64,000 nt of DNA from an uncultured Caulobacterales bacterium (GTDB taxonomy: Bacteria > Pseudomonadota > Alphaproteobacteria > Caulobacterales > Maricaulaceae), in the NCBI GenBank assembly GCA_937923965.1, contig CALDTL010000021.1, positions 3,431-67,430 of the forward strand. Direction: 5' to 3'. A program made the position numbers and the translations under genes. Position 1 is the first letter of the stretch. Every line of letters begins with the position of its first letter. Below are positions 10,832-20,256 of this stretch, one piece after another. The notes below the pieces were generated by a model, which was not told where the DNA came from, did no database searches, and saw only the letters and a program-made list of their open reading frames with translations.

Positions 10832-11563
10832 TTAGTAATCGATAAGGCATTCGCCTATACCTCTAAGCGACGCTGTCGTCCTGTCTGACGTTCCAGTTTT
10901 CAGATATATTCGGCGTAGGTGGCCGTTTACGGTATGCTGTGAAATTCCTATAATATCGCCAATCACTGAGTTGCTCTTTCCATGAGCGACCCAAGTCAAA
11001 ATTTCTTTTTCTCGAATCGTAAGATCGATATTGTTGCTCCTAGATTTCGAATGGAGCTTACAAAAAATTTGGTGAGCGCTTTGGCTTGCCCAATGTAGAT
11101 GTCGAATTTGAGTTTTGGACAGACGGCAATCTGCGTCATTGAAGTGGAAAACCAGACAGCCATTTCTGCCACTCGCTTCAATCACCGGAACAATAATGCC
11201 GTTATGATGATCTCCGAGGTAGAATTTTTTCAACACATGGATTTGGTCTTCCGAAAGATCTAGCTGTGTCTCTGCTTTCGACCAAAAAACGGGGGTATTA
11301 ATCTGAGATGTTCGTTTCTCAAAAGGGCTTCTGAAAAACTTGTGCTGCCTTCGAAATTCAGTGACCTGATCTTGAGAGAAACCTCGAGCGAGAAATAATT
11401 TTTCATTAAAATCGGTCGCGCCTGGTGGGGGCAGATGATGATAACCCATCTTGTCGATGCCCAAGCTTTCAACATACCCGAAAAGGAGATCCCAGACGGA
11501 ATCAGGGGACGTCGTGCAATCGAGTTCATCCAGGAATTTATAAAGTTTAGCCCGTTCTGTCAT
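10832..11563 (-). CDS. LuxR-family regulator with N-terminal sensing-type domain (left copy)
   Basis: C-terminal HTH LTIREKEILTWVAHGKSNSVIGDIIGISQHTVNGHLRRIYLK; N-terminal autoinducer-binding-type fold (PVFW, G-x-IVPV). Confidence 0.9.
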   Translation of the reverse strand: MTERAKLYKFLDELDCTTSPDSVWDLLFGYVESLGIDKMGYHHLPPPGATDFNEKLFLARGFSQDQVTEFRRQHKFFRSPFEKRTSQINTPVFWSKAETQLDLSEDQIHVLKKFYLGDHHNGIIVPVIEASGRNGCLVFHFNDADCRLSKTQIRHLHWASQSAHQIFCKLHSKSRSNNIDLTIREKEILTWVAHGKSNSVIGDIIGISQHTVNGHLRRIYLKTGTSDRTTASLRGIGECLIDY

Positions 11564-11658
11564 TATTCAATCCCCAGTGATTGCCCGCGTCAGGGAGGAT
11601 GACGCGGTTTTAATCTCTCATATCACCTGAGGAATGCCCCCTGTGTGTGATTTGAGGT

Positions 11659-11674
11659 GTTAAAGAATTGTTAG
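11659..11674 (-). promoter_or_regulatory. CtrA-like box upstream of left luxR
   Basis: Minus strand CTAA-CAATTCT-TTAAC, one mismatch to TTAA-N7-TTAAC; GANTC site adjacent at 11675. Confidence 0.45.
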
Positions 11675-11856
11675 GAATCACTGGAAGTGAATACAAGCTA
11701 TAATTGTATCGAAATGTGCCAAAAAATGACTTTTTTTGAGTGATATAGGTTCTTTTCAGCTATTTTTCCCGAGTTGTTGATGTCTGAAGGGATTTTAAGT
11801 GTAATTTCTAAGGTGAATTAGAATCGAATCATCAGCCGTGGCTCTCAAAAAAATCT

Positions 11857-12411
11857 CTAGGGAGTCCCTTTCCGATACTTGGCATTTCGGCCGGAAATAA
11901 TGACGCTGATCGAGTAAGACTTTCGAGGGTCCATATTTGCCATGATTAAACCCGCATTTCCGCTTTCCATTTGACGCAAAAAACCGGCAGCAAAAGCTGG
12001 GTCCATCGAGTTGAAAATTTCTGCCGCTTGTTTGGGTTTCATTGTTTGATACATATCGACCAGATGCTTGATGTCTTCATTGGCAATGGACGTCATGCTT
12101 TTGATGTTAGTGTCTAAAACCGCATTCGCCGCTTCGATTGCCGTCATCTGAGTTTCAAGTTTGGCTTCAACTGCTGTCAAGGCTGTTTCGCGTTTCGCAA
12201 TTTCCTGTTTGCGCAAGTTCAGTCGAGTCATATCGGCTGTAATTGTTTCTAAAACGGCACCGGTTAGGCAGGTTTCATTCGGCTGGCTTGGAGACACGGT
12301 AGGAATGTCGGCGGGTTTTTCCTCAGGCGCGTCGGCCGAGAAGGCGACGGCTCGACTGATCAATAATACGGCGAAGGTAAATCCTATAACCGGAAGAATT
12401 CGTGTTCTCAT
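11857..12411 (-). CDS. motE: MotE-family flagellar protein
   Basis: Signal peptide, coiled coil, then LVDMYQTMKPKQAAEIFNSMDP..AAGFLRQM; flagellar context. Confidence 0.7.
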   Translation of the reverse strand: MRTRILPVIGFTFAVLLISRAVAFSADAPEEKPADIPTVSPSQPNETCLTGAVLETITADMTRLNLRKQEIAKRETALTAVEAKLETQMTAIEAANAVLDTNIKSMTSIANEDIKHLVDMYQTMKPKQAAEIFNSMDPAFAAGFLRQMESGNAGLIMANMDPRKSYSISVIISGRNAKYRKGTP

Positions 12412-12935
12412 GAGGCGGAGCGTTTCACATCTGAAAGATTAATAAGTGTGTCTTGTGACCAATATTCAATTGGTTTTGACGGCGGGTGCAGTTTCTTTTT
12501 GTAATCGTTTAAATCTGAGGCAACCTTCAACAATCCTGAGGCTGTAGCTTGTGCTCTTTCGACGGCGTCCGAAAGTTGCGTGTCTATTAGAGTGTCCAGC
12601 TGTCCACATTGAGCTTTGGCTCGGTCACTGGCCTGTTCTAATTCTGTCACAAGGGCCTCAACCTTTGGCCCCGCATTTTCGCATTTTTCTAGAAGATGAC
12701 GAAGCGTTTCCACAGTCTGCAAAGTGGAGTTCTGTGCCTCTTGCGTCGCGACATGAGTGTCCTCAATTGCCTGGGTAAGAGAAAGGATAGATGCACCCAC
12801 TCCTGTTTTGAGATTGTTCAGTTTTCTGAGGCGACGGCTTAACATCGCACAATATAGACAGGCTAATCCGGATATTAAAATCAATATCATATCTGGGATG
12901 TATGGCGCAATATCGTTCAAATTCGGGATTTGCAT
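12408..12935 (-). CDS. Flagellar-cluster hypothetical protein, single TM plus coiled coil (DUF6468-like)
   Basis: TM ending ...CLYCAMLSRRLRKL, then helical heptads; coupled between fliL and motE. Confidence 0.6.
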   Translation of the reverse strand: MQIPNLNDIAPYIPDMILILISGLACLYCAMLSRRLRKLNNLKTGVGASILSLTQAIEDTHVATQEAQNSTLQTVETLRHLLEKCENAGPKVEALVTELEQASDRAKAQCGQLDTLIDTQLSDAVERAQATASGLLKVASDLNDYKKKLHPPSKPIEYWSQDTLINLSDVKRSAS

Positions 12936-12937
12936 AA

Positions 12938-13459
12938 TTATCTTACCAAAAAGTCAGTTATTAGAATACCTCGAATATTTTCGGGGCCGAGAATAAGTTT
13001 AGCGCGGCGTAATAGCTGTGAGCGCATTTGTGCCATGAAAGCGGCATCTTCAATTTGCTCTAGACGTAGTGCGCGGAGGTAGCCCATGAATGCATCCCGA
13101 ATCCGGGGATCATTTGGATCTATATAGGCTTCCTCACCCGCGCGGGTCTCAAGCGTGATTCCGATTTTAAGAATGCGAGATTTTTCCTGTAGGGAAATCG
13201 TGAGCGGCGTAAGTTCTAAAAAACCGGTCTCTTCCGAAAAATCGATTTTCTCTTCCTCTGAAGCGTGCACGTTCGTCGCGTCTTTGACGATCAGTTCCGT
13301 TTGATGGCTAGGCAGCATAAAAACAGTCCCAAAGGAAGCGGCGGCCAAGACAACTAAAGTTACTAGCCCGCCAACGAAGCTACCCTTACTGGCAGTTTCG
13401 CCGTCGCCATCCGCTTGCACAGAGGGAGCCTTTTTTGCTTTTTTTGCTTTTCTAGCCAT
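12938..13459 (-). CDS. fliL: Flagellar basal body-associated protein FliL
   Basis: N-terminal TM; FLELTPLTISL, PRIRDAFMGYLRAL, ILITDFLVR. Confidence 0.85.
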   Translation of the reverse strand: MARKAKKAKKAPSVQADGDGETASKGSFVGGLVTLVVLAAASFGTVFMLPSHQTELIVKDATNVHASEEEKIDFSEETGFLELTPLTISLQEKSRILKIGITLETRAGEEAYIDPNDPRIRDAFMGYLRALRLEQIEDAAFMAQMRSQLLRRAKLILGPENIRGILITDFLVR

Positions 13460-13525
13460 GGAGCTTCTAGAGTCTTTCGTGATGTCTAAACAATCATATG
13501 GTGTTATTTAAGTAAAGCACTTATA

Positions 13526-13541
13526 GTAAACGTTCTATTAA
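13526..13541 (-). promoter_or_regulatory. CtrA-like box in fliL/fliF divergent region
   Basis: Minus strand TTAA-TAGAACG-TTTAC, one mismatch. Confidence 0.4.
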
Positions 13542-13607
13542 TGCTTTCAGCTCTAATTGATAGTCGCCTTATTGGTGTAAGATTCACTAAACAGAGATGG
13601 CTTCAGG

Positions 13608-15227
13608 ATGAATGTGATAAAAGTGTGGCTGGCCTTGTCGCCACAAAAAAGAATGATTTCGATTCTAAGCGTGGTCGCGACCGTCGCCGCACTTTTTTTC
13701 CTTATCAGCACGACTCTGAAACCTAAGATGGATCTCCTCTACGCAGGTTTAGAGCCCGCAGTTTCAGGTGAAATCATTTCAAAGCTCGAGACGATGGACG
13801 TTGCCTATGAAGTCAAAGGTGATGCGATTTATGCAGATGTAAAGCGCCGTGACTCTTTGAGGCTAGAGCTTGCGCGCGAGGGGCTCCCCAGACAAAGTGT
13901 TATTGGGTACGAACTCTTCGACAATATGAATAGTTTTGCGATGACGTCGGACATGTTTGATACGGCGTATTGGCGCGCAAAAGAAGGCGAGCTGGCCAGA
14001 ACCTTACTGGCCATGCCAAACATTCGCAGTGCGCGGGTTCATCTCGGAACACAAAAAACCAAAGGTTTCACAAACGGTCCTTCTGCGAACTCCGCATCTG
14101 TTACAATATCGGTCTCTGGTGGACTTTCCTCGCAGCAAGCTAAGGCTATTCAATATATGACGGCGTTAGCTGTCTCTGGTCTTGAACCTGATGATGTGGC
14201 CGTCATCGATACCGTTAGGGGTGTTGTTGCTGGTCCCGGTATAGATGGAGAAATGACCAAAGGCGGCATGGGGGAGCTTGAGCGAGCCGCTGAAATCAAA
14301 CAGAATTTGTTGAGTCTTTTGGAAGCCCGCGTTGGTCCTGGAAATGCGCGGGTCAATGTATCTCTTGAGATAGATCGTGAGCACATCAAGACGGCTGAGC
14401 GAAACTTTGATCCCGATTCTCGCGTTTTGAAATCTCAGACCACGAATGAGATGACAGATACGAGCGCAGGTACAACCGGGGCGGTGACGGTGGCAAGCAA
14501 CTTGCCAGAAGGCGACGCTGGGGGCGGAAATTCGACGTCCGACCGCAGCGAAACGACAGAAACAGTTACCTATGAAATCTCGGAAATAGTCCGAAACTCA
14601 GAGATATTACCGGGCGGTATTAAACGGATGACAGTGGCCGTGTTGGTCGGTGACGTGAATGTCACAAATGATGATGGAACAGTCTCGCGCACGCCGCGCT
14701 CCGAAGAAGAGCTTGTCGCTCTGCAAGAACTGGTCGCAACGGCGGCGGGACTTGATGACGCAAGAGGCGACAAATTAACGTTGAAAAGCCTGTCGTTCAA
14801 TCAACCTGATACGCCGGACCTCATAGAACGACCGGGTCTCATGCAGCAATTTATGGAACGCTATCTGTGGAGCACAATTCAGGCTGTCATTCTCGGAATT
14901 GTTATCCTGGGTTTGGGCGTGTTGGTGATCAAACCGCTCCTACTGCCTAGCGCCGTAGAACCCGTGCAGGGCTTGCTGCCGATGGACTTGAACTCAGGTG
15001 CCCTTGGCGGTCCGCAGGCCAATTTTGCGCTTGGTGGACCGGGCGAAAATCTTGGGCTTGAAGGCCCAAACACGCCTATGTTGATTGAGGCAACAGATGG
15101 GTTTCAAGGGGATACGCCATCAGATGATCCGATCGAACATTTGAAGTCTATAACCGCAACCCAGACGAATGATGCGGCCGACCTTTTGTCGAGTTGGCTT
15201 GAAGCGGACGCTCAAGCGACAAGCTGA
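13608..15227 (+). CDS. fliF: Flagellar MS-ring protein FliF
   Basis: Two TMs; GYELFD, AYWRAKEGELARTL, ARVHL, GGIKRMTVAVLV. Confidence 0.97.
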   Translation: MNVIKVWLALSPQKRMISILSVVATVAALFFLISTTLKPKMDLLYAGLEPAVSGEIISKLETMDVAYEVKGDAIYADVKRRDSLRLELAREGLPRQSVIGYELFDNMNSFAMTSDMFDTAYWRAKEGELARTLLAMPNIRSARVHLGTQKTKGFTNGPSANSASVTISVSGGLSSQQAKAIQYMTALAVSGLEPDDVAVIDTVRGVVAGPGIDGEMTKGGMGELERAAEIKQNLLSLLEARVGPGNARVNVSLEIDREHIKTAERNFDPDSRVLKSQTTNEMTDTSAGTTGAVTVASNLPEGDAGGGNSTSDRSETTETVTYEISEIVRNSEILPGGIKRMTVAVLVGDVNVTNDDGTVSRTPRSEEELVALQELVATAAGLDDARGDKLTLKSLSFNQPDTPDLIERPGLMQQFMERYLWSTIQAVILGIVILGLGVLVIKPLLLPSAVEPVQGLLPMDLNSGALGGPQANFALGGPGENLGLEGPNTPMLIEATDGFQGDTPSDDPIEHLKSITATQTNDAADLLSSWLEADAQATS

Positions 15228-15877
15228 TGGACCAAGCCCTTCGAAATAAGATACTGGTCTACGAGACCCCTGAAACGAAAGGTGACAGGCAGCCTTTAGC
15301 GGAAGGTGGACAGTCGACACTCATCGAAGCTGGCGTGGCTCTTTTTCATGCGATGCCCGAGGCGCCATTGGGCCTGGAAGAGATAGAAGATATCGTGATC
15401 TCCCAATATGATTTGGGGTTTCAAGAGGGCGAAGCGCGCGCGAATGCGCTTCATCATTCGGCTATCGAGGTTATGCAACAGGCTCTCGACAAAATTCACG
15501 CCGAGTCCAAAATTTTGGTTAAGCAAATTGAGCAAAGTCATCTGTCTGCTGTTGCGAAATGCCTACGTGTTGTCTTTCCAACACTCATGGACAGAGGAAT
15601 CGATTTGGAGCTTCAAACGGTTGTCAAGAACGCTTGCGGCTGGGCGCTCAACGGTCAGGTCGAGCTGATCGTTCATCCGGATGCCTTGCCGCATTGCGAA
15701 CGTCTTCGAGGCGAACAAGATATGCAAATTACGACTGACGAAACTCTTGAGCCAAAACAGATCCGGCTCAACTGGGTTGGCGGCGGAGCCGAAATCGACT
15801 GCCAAACGGTGGCGTCTCTTTGCCTTGATTGTCTCGATCCTGAGTCAAATAATTTAGTGGAGCCTAATGATGCCTGA
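15227..15877 (+). CDS. fliH: FliH-like export apparatus protein
   Basis: Follows fliF; YDLGFQEGEARA (GxxxG) segment, VELIVHPD, RLNWVGGGAEID. Confidence 0.65.
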   Translation: MDQALRNKILVYETPETKGDRQPLAEGGQSTLIEAGVALFHAMPEAPLGLEEIEDIVISQYDLGFQEGEARANALHHSAIEVMQQALDKIHAESKILVKQIEQSHLSAVAKCLRVVFPTLMDRGIDLELQTVVKNACGWALNGQVELIVHPDALPHCERLRGEQDMQITTDETLEPKQIRLNWVGGGAEIDCQTVASLCLDCLDPESNNLVEPNDA

Positions 15878-16220
15878 AGCAACATCGACATCAGATGCAA
15901 ATGATCCAGAATTTTCTGGTATCCCCTTATCAGAACGCCGGGATAGTGAGGAAGGGGCTGTCTATAAGCGCTCGATCTATGCGCTTCCAGTGGATGTTCA
16001 AGTCGTTATTGGAACAGCGCGTCCAACGATTGCTGAACTGCTGCAATTGAAACAAGACTCGTTGATTCAATTGGATAGCAAGATCGAAGATCCCGTAGAT
16101 CTTTGCATTAACAACCGTGTCATAGCGCGAGGAGAACTCATTGAAACAGATCCTGCAACCGGCAGCATCGGTGTCAAACTCACAGAGATTGTCGATATTT
16201 CCGAGGACTTACTTCAGTGA
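15867..16220 (+). CDS. fliN: Flagellar motor switch protein FliN
   Basis: SpoA domain LPVDVQVVIGTA...LDSKIEDPVDLCINNRVIARGEL...GVKLTEI. Confidence 0.9.
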   Translation: MMPEATSTSDANDPEFSGIPLSERRDSEEGAVYKRSIYALPVDVQVVIGTARPTIAELLQLKQDSLIQLDSKIEDPVDLCINNRVIARGELIETDPATGSIGVKLTEIVDISEDLLQ

Positions 16221-17035
16221 CGACGTCGCCATATTACGAACGAAAATCTGTATGGGTATGGGCATTTTTAATTTTGGGATACATGGCGTTATCCCTCGCT
16301 ATGGCGCCGTCTGCTTTTGCTCAGGTCGCGCCGGAAACATCTAACGCCTTACAGGACGTTTTAAATCTTGCGCAAACGACTGAAGATGCGGAAAGCGTTG
16401 GCCTCAACGCGCGCGTTATCCAATTATTTCTCATTGTGACGGTGCTCAGCCTTGCTCCCGGCCTGGCCATGATGATCACATGCTTACCTTTCATGGTCAT
16501 TGTTTTTTCGTTCTTGCGTCAGGCCATCGGCCTCCAGCAGTCGCCGCCCAATATGATGATTATGGGGTTGGCTATGTTTCTGACCTTTTTCGTGATGGAA
16601 CCGGTTTTCATGAAGTCTTATAATGAAGGATTGTCGCCCCTTATGAACGGATCTATCACAGAGGAACAGGCGATCGAACGTACGCTGGCACCGTTTGAAA
16701 CCTTTATGCAGAGCCGGGTTCAAAGGGATACGTTGGAGCGCTTGGCAGCGACCATGCCTAGTCGCAATTTTGATCTTGATAAAGACATTCCCTTTTCGCT
16801 TTTAACAACGTCGTTCATGCTGTCCGAAATCAAACAAGCCTTTCAGATTGGGTTTGTAATCTTCTTACCATTTTTGATCATAGACTTAATTGTCGCCTCT
16901 ATATTGATGGCGATGGGGATGATGATGGTGCCTCCGGCTGTCGTGTCTTTGCCGTTTAAACTAGCATTTTTTGTTATGGCGGACGGGTGGATAAAGATCA
17001 CTGAAGCGCTTTTGCGCGGATATGGTATGACCTGA
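16217..17035 (+). CDS. fliP: Flagellar export protein FliP
   Basis: LSLAPG, RQAIGLQQSPPN, AFQIGFVIFLPFLIID, MGMMMVPP, SLPFKLAFFVMADGW. Confidence 0.97.
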   Translation: MTTSPYYERKSVWVWAFLILGYMALSLAMAPSAFAQVAPETSNALQDVLNLAQTTEDAESVGLNARVIQLFLIVTVLSLAPGLAMMITCLPFMVIVFSFLRQAIGLQQSPPNMMIMGLAMFLTFFVMEPVFMKSYNEGLSPLMNGSITEEQAIERTLAPFETFMQSRVQRDTLERLAATMPSRNFDLDKDIPFSLLTTSFMLSEIKQAFQIGFVIFLPFLIIDLIVASILMAMGMMMVPPAVVSLPFKLAFFVMADGWIKITEALLRGYGMT

Positions 17036-18120
17036 TGGAACCTTTACCCATCTTGAATAACGCGCCGCCCGTGTTGGGAAATGGTGGACAACCTGCCTTA
17101 CTTAAAGCGCCGGAAAAGGCCGCGGTGATATTGGCTTTGTTGGGGCCTGAACATGCTGGACCTGTCGTTGAAAAAATCAAAGATGAGCATTTGCGGGCTT
17201 TCATGAATGCACTTGAGAATTTAAAGCTCATCCCGCGTGAGAGCATGTTAACGGTCGTCGCAGATTTTATTACAGAACTTCAGGCACGCCGAGGTGGACT
17301 TCGAGGCGGGGCAGCCGCGGCAAGAGAACTTGCGGAGAGTTTATTTGAGACGGAACGTGCGGCTCGGCTGTTTGGAAAAGCCCCAGCCGCGAATTTGGAG
17401 TATGCATCGTCAGAGACCATCTGGGCCGAGTTACGAATACGAAAAATCCCGGATATCGCCGCCTATTTGTCTCGCCAAAGAAGCGCCGTTATCAGCATTG
17501 TCCTATCGCAATTTTCTTCAGAGGTAGCGGGTGAAATATTATCCGAGCTTCCGGAAGAGCTTTCTGTTTTATGCGTTCGGCAAATGTCACGAGGTGAAAA
17601 GATAGACGACAGAACCTTAGCTGCGGTTGCCGAGCTAATCCAAACGGAATTTCTAGCCATCGTAGAGGCTGATGATGAAGTAGACTCAGTAGATTTCGTC
17701 AGTGAAATCCTGGGTATATTGCCCAAAGATCGACGAGATATGATGCTGGATAGTTTGGACGAAGCGGATCCCGAACAAGCTAAGCTCATTCGAAAGCGAA
17801 TGTTGACATTCGAAGATTTGCCAAAACGTCTTCCGACGACGGCTATTCCGATAATCTTTAAAGATATTGACACTGAGATCTTGTTGAAAGCTTTGAAAGC
17901 GGGACAGGGTCAAGCGCCAGACACAGTGGAATTTTTATATGCAAATATCTCCCAGCGTATGGCAGGGCAATATAAGGAGCAGGTCGAAGAATTGGCCGCT
18001 ATAAGCCAGAAAGAGGCTGATGCCGCCATTTCAACTCTGATGGGGTTCATAGGTAGGCTAGAAAAACAAGGCCGTGTAACGCTAATTAAGCTCGTCTCCG
18101 AGGACGCAGGAGACGCTTAG
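17035..18120 (+). CDS. fliG: Flagellar motor switch protein FliG
   Basis: EKAAVILALLG, RMLTFEDL, LLKALK, NISQRMA. Confidence 0.92.
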   Translation: MEPLPILNNAPPVLGNGGQPALLKAPEKAAVILALLGPEHAGPVVEKIKDEHLRAFMNALENLKLIPRESMLTVVADFITELQARRGGLRGGAAAARELAESLFETERAARLFGKAPAANLEYASSETIWAELRIRKIPDIAAYLSRQRSAVISIVLSQFSSEVAGEILSELPEELSVLCVRQMSRGEKIDDRTLAAVAELIQTEFLAIVEADDEVDSVDFVSEILGILPKDRRDMMLDSLDEADPEQAKLIRKRMLTFEDLPKRLPTTAIPIIFKDIDTEILLKALKAGQGQAPDTVEFLYANISQRMAGQYKEQVEELAAISQKEADAAISTLMGFIGRLEKQGRVTLIKLVSEDAGDA

Positions 18121-18122
18121 TT

Positions 18123-19235
18123 TTATTGTAGGATAAGTTCCGCATGAAGCGCGCCGGCGGTTTTCATCGTCTTAAGAATATCGATCATTTCTCTTGGCGA
18201 GACACCTAGAGCATTAAGGCCTGCCACTAAATCTGGCAGCGTGATGTTCTCATTGATTAAAGCGATGTTCCCGGGTTCTCCATCAACGACATCAATGTTC
18301 GTTCGAGGCAAGACAATGCTGTCCCCATATCCAAATGGGTTGGGTTGGCTCGCAACCGGAGCCTCCGCAATCGTGATTGAAAGATTTCCTTGCGCAATCG
18401 CGACGGATGACACTTTAACATCTCGTCCAAGGACAATTGTTCCTGATCTCTGATCAATCACGACCTTTGCTTTTTGGGCGGGTATAAGGTCATAATTTTC
18501 AATTTGGCTAAGTAGACGGGCAGGGGACAGACGAACGCTGCTTAGGTCTAGTTCAACGGTTCCTGAGTCAAGAAGCGTGGCTATTGGTTTGCCAAAACCC
18601 GTATTTATCTTCGCCTCAATTCGCTCCGCCGTCGTGAAATCTGGAGCGCGAAGGGCGAGTCGAATTCGTGACATATCCGAAAATCTAAAGGCAATTTCGC
18701 GCTCAATCCGCGCGCCGTTAGGAATGGTCCCCGAGGTTGGAACACCTTCAGTTATAGAGGCGCCGTCCCCTTCCGCCTTGAAACCACTTATGAGGACATT
18801 CCCTTGTGCTACGGCGTAGACTTCCCCATCAGCAGCATTGAGAGGCGTCATAATAAGTGTGCCGCCGGATAAGTCTTTCGCATCTCCGATTGAAGACACA
18901 TTAATATCTATGCGAGAACCGGTCCGTGCGAATGGCGGTAGCGAAGCGGTTACGATGACGGCCGCAACATTATTTGGACGAAAATCACTGCCCTGAATAT
19001 TTACCCCAAGGCGCTCAAGGAGATTTGAGAGCGCCTCTTCTGTGTAGGGCGAATTTCGAAGCGTATCACCGGTGCCGTCTAGACCAATGACTAAGCCATA
19101 TCCCACGAGATCGTTACCCCGAACACCTTCTACATCTACAATGTCTTTGATTTTGACAGTGGCATGCGCCGTTGTGTTGAAAATAGAAAGACTGAGGAGG
19201 AAACACATCCAGAGACGCGTCAAAAGAGCTGTCAT
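18123..19235 (-). CDS. flgI: Flagellar P-ring protein FlgI
   Basis: KIKDIVDVEGVRGNDLVGYGLVIGLDGTGD, DGEVYAVAQG, AGALHAEL. Confidence 0.97.
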   Translation of the reverse strand: MTALLTRLWMCFLLSLSIFNTTAHATVKIKDIVDVEGVRGNDLVGYGLVIGLDGTGDTLRNSPYTEEALSNLLERLGVNIQGSDFRPNNVAAVIVTASLPPFARTGSRIDINVSSIGDAKDLSGGTLIMTPLNAADGEVYAVAQGNVLISGFKAEGDGASITEGVPTSGTIPNGARIEREIAFRFSDMSRIRLALRAPDFTTAERIEAKINTGFGKPIATLLDSGTVELDLSSVRLSPARLLSQIENYDLIPAQKAKVVIDQRSGTIVLGRDVKVSSVAIAQGNLSITIAEAPVASQPNPFGYGDSIVLPRTNIDVVDGEPGNIALINENITLPDLVAGLNALGVSPREMIDILKTMKTAGALHAELILQ

Positions 19236-19237
19236 AT

Positions 19238-20248
19238 TTATCTCAAATAATTTGTAAGGCTCAGATCGGAAAGCCGTGAGGTGATGATGTAGGAGCTCTC
19301 AAGTTGAACCTCGAGTTGTTTCAACTCTGCAGCGGCTTCAAACTGGTCACGCCCGACGAGGGATTGATAAGCTGCGTTTAGAGATAAGGATTCAAATTGA
19401 TTTCGGCGACTCGATTTCTCCAAGACTTCGGAGAGTATTCCCATGTTGCCCTCCAGAGCGATAAAGCCGCTGGTGCCCTTGGTCGTGGCGGCGATGCCGT
19501 CTGAAAAAATTTCTCCAAACTCGGTCGAACCTATGGCATATCCTGACGTTTCTGCGGTCGCCATTACAGCCAGTCCTCGGAGTGTGTCTTTGATGGATTG
19601 ATTATCGCCGCGTATTTCCAAATTTATTGCTTCCCCATCACCGATTTGCATGGGCGGGGGATTACCTGTTCCGCCCGTGTAAAAATCAGTTTGGAATCCG
19701 CCATCAGGGGAGTTAAAATATGTATCTAAGGCGGCAGTGATATCGGCTGGGCCTCCAGAGGTTGTCATAATCGCGCGGACGTCGTCTAATAAGGTGTCAA
19801 CGCTCGCGAATGGCGGGGTGTCTGGGGCATTTCCTGAAAATAGATTGCGCGTCCCTTGTTTCGACTGGAGGGACGACAGGACGCTGTTGAGGTTTGCTTT
19901 TGCCGCTTCAGCAATGTTTTGTAACGCGGCGGTCCCCTCTGAATTGAGAGCCACGATCGCGCGGGTGTCAATTCCGTCCATCGCGTTTCTGGCCCCGCTA
20001 ATGCCCTGGCTGATCATATCAAGCCGGGAGGTGCTCATCGCGTTTATCCGCGAGCCTTGTTCTATATCATTAAGTGCTTTGCTGAGAAGATGCGCGTTTC
20101 CGGTTCGGCCGCCTGTGGCCTCGGTGAGGTCTGCTTTTAGGCCAGTGACCGCTTCTTGTGAAGCAATGTCCAGACGCGCCTTAATCGCTGCCGTTGTTCG
20201 ATTGCGGCGCGAATAACTCAATAGATCTGGGAAGCTTGTCAACTGCAC
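19238..20248 (-). CDS. flgL: Hook-associated protein 3 (flagellin-like) FlgL
   Basis: Directly after flgK; flagellin-like termini, RNLFSG, QLESSYIITSRLSDLSLTNYLR. Confidence 0.85.
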   Translation of the reverse strand: MQLTSFPDLLSYSRRNRTTAAIKARLDIASQEAVTGLKADLTEATGGRTGNAHLLSKALNDIEQGSRINAMSTSRLDMISQGISGARNAMDGIDTRAIVALNSEGTAALQNIAEAAKANLNSVLSSLQSKQGTRNLFSGNAPDTPPFASVDTLLDDVRAIMTTSGGPADITAALDTYFNSPDGGFQTDFYTGGTGNPPPMQIGDGEAINLEIRGDNQSIKDTLRGLAVMATAETSGYAIGSTEFGEIFSDGIAATTKGTSGFIALEGNMGILSEVLEKSSRRNQFESLSLNAAYQSLVGRDQFEAAAELKQLEVQLESSYIITSRLSDLSLTNYLR

Positions 20249-20256
20249 GGTAACCT

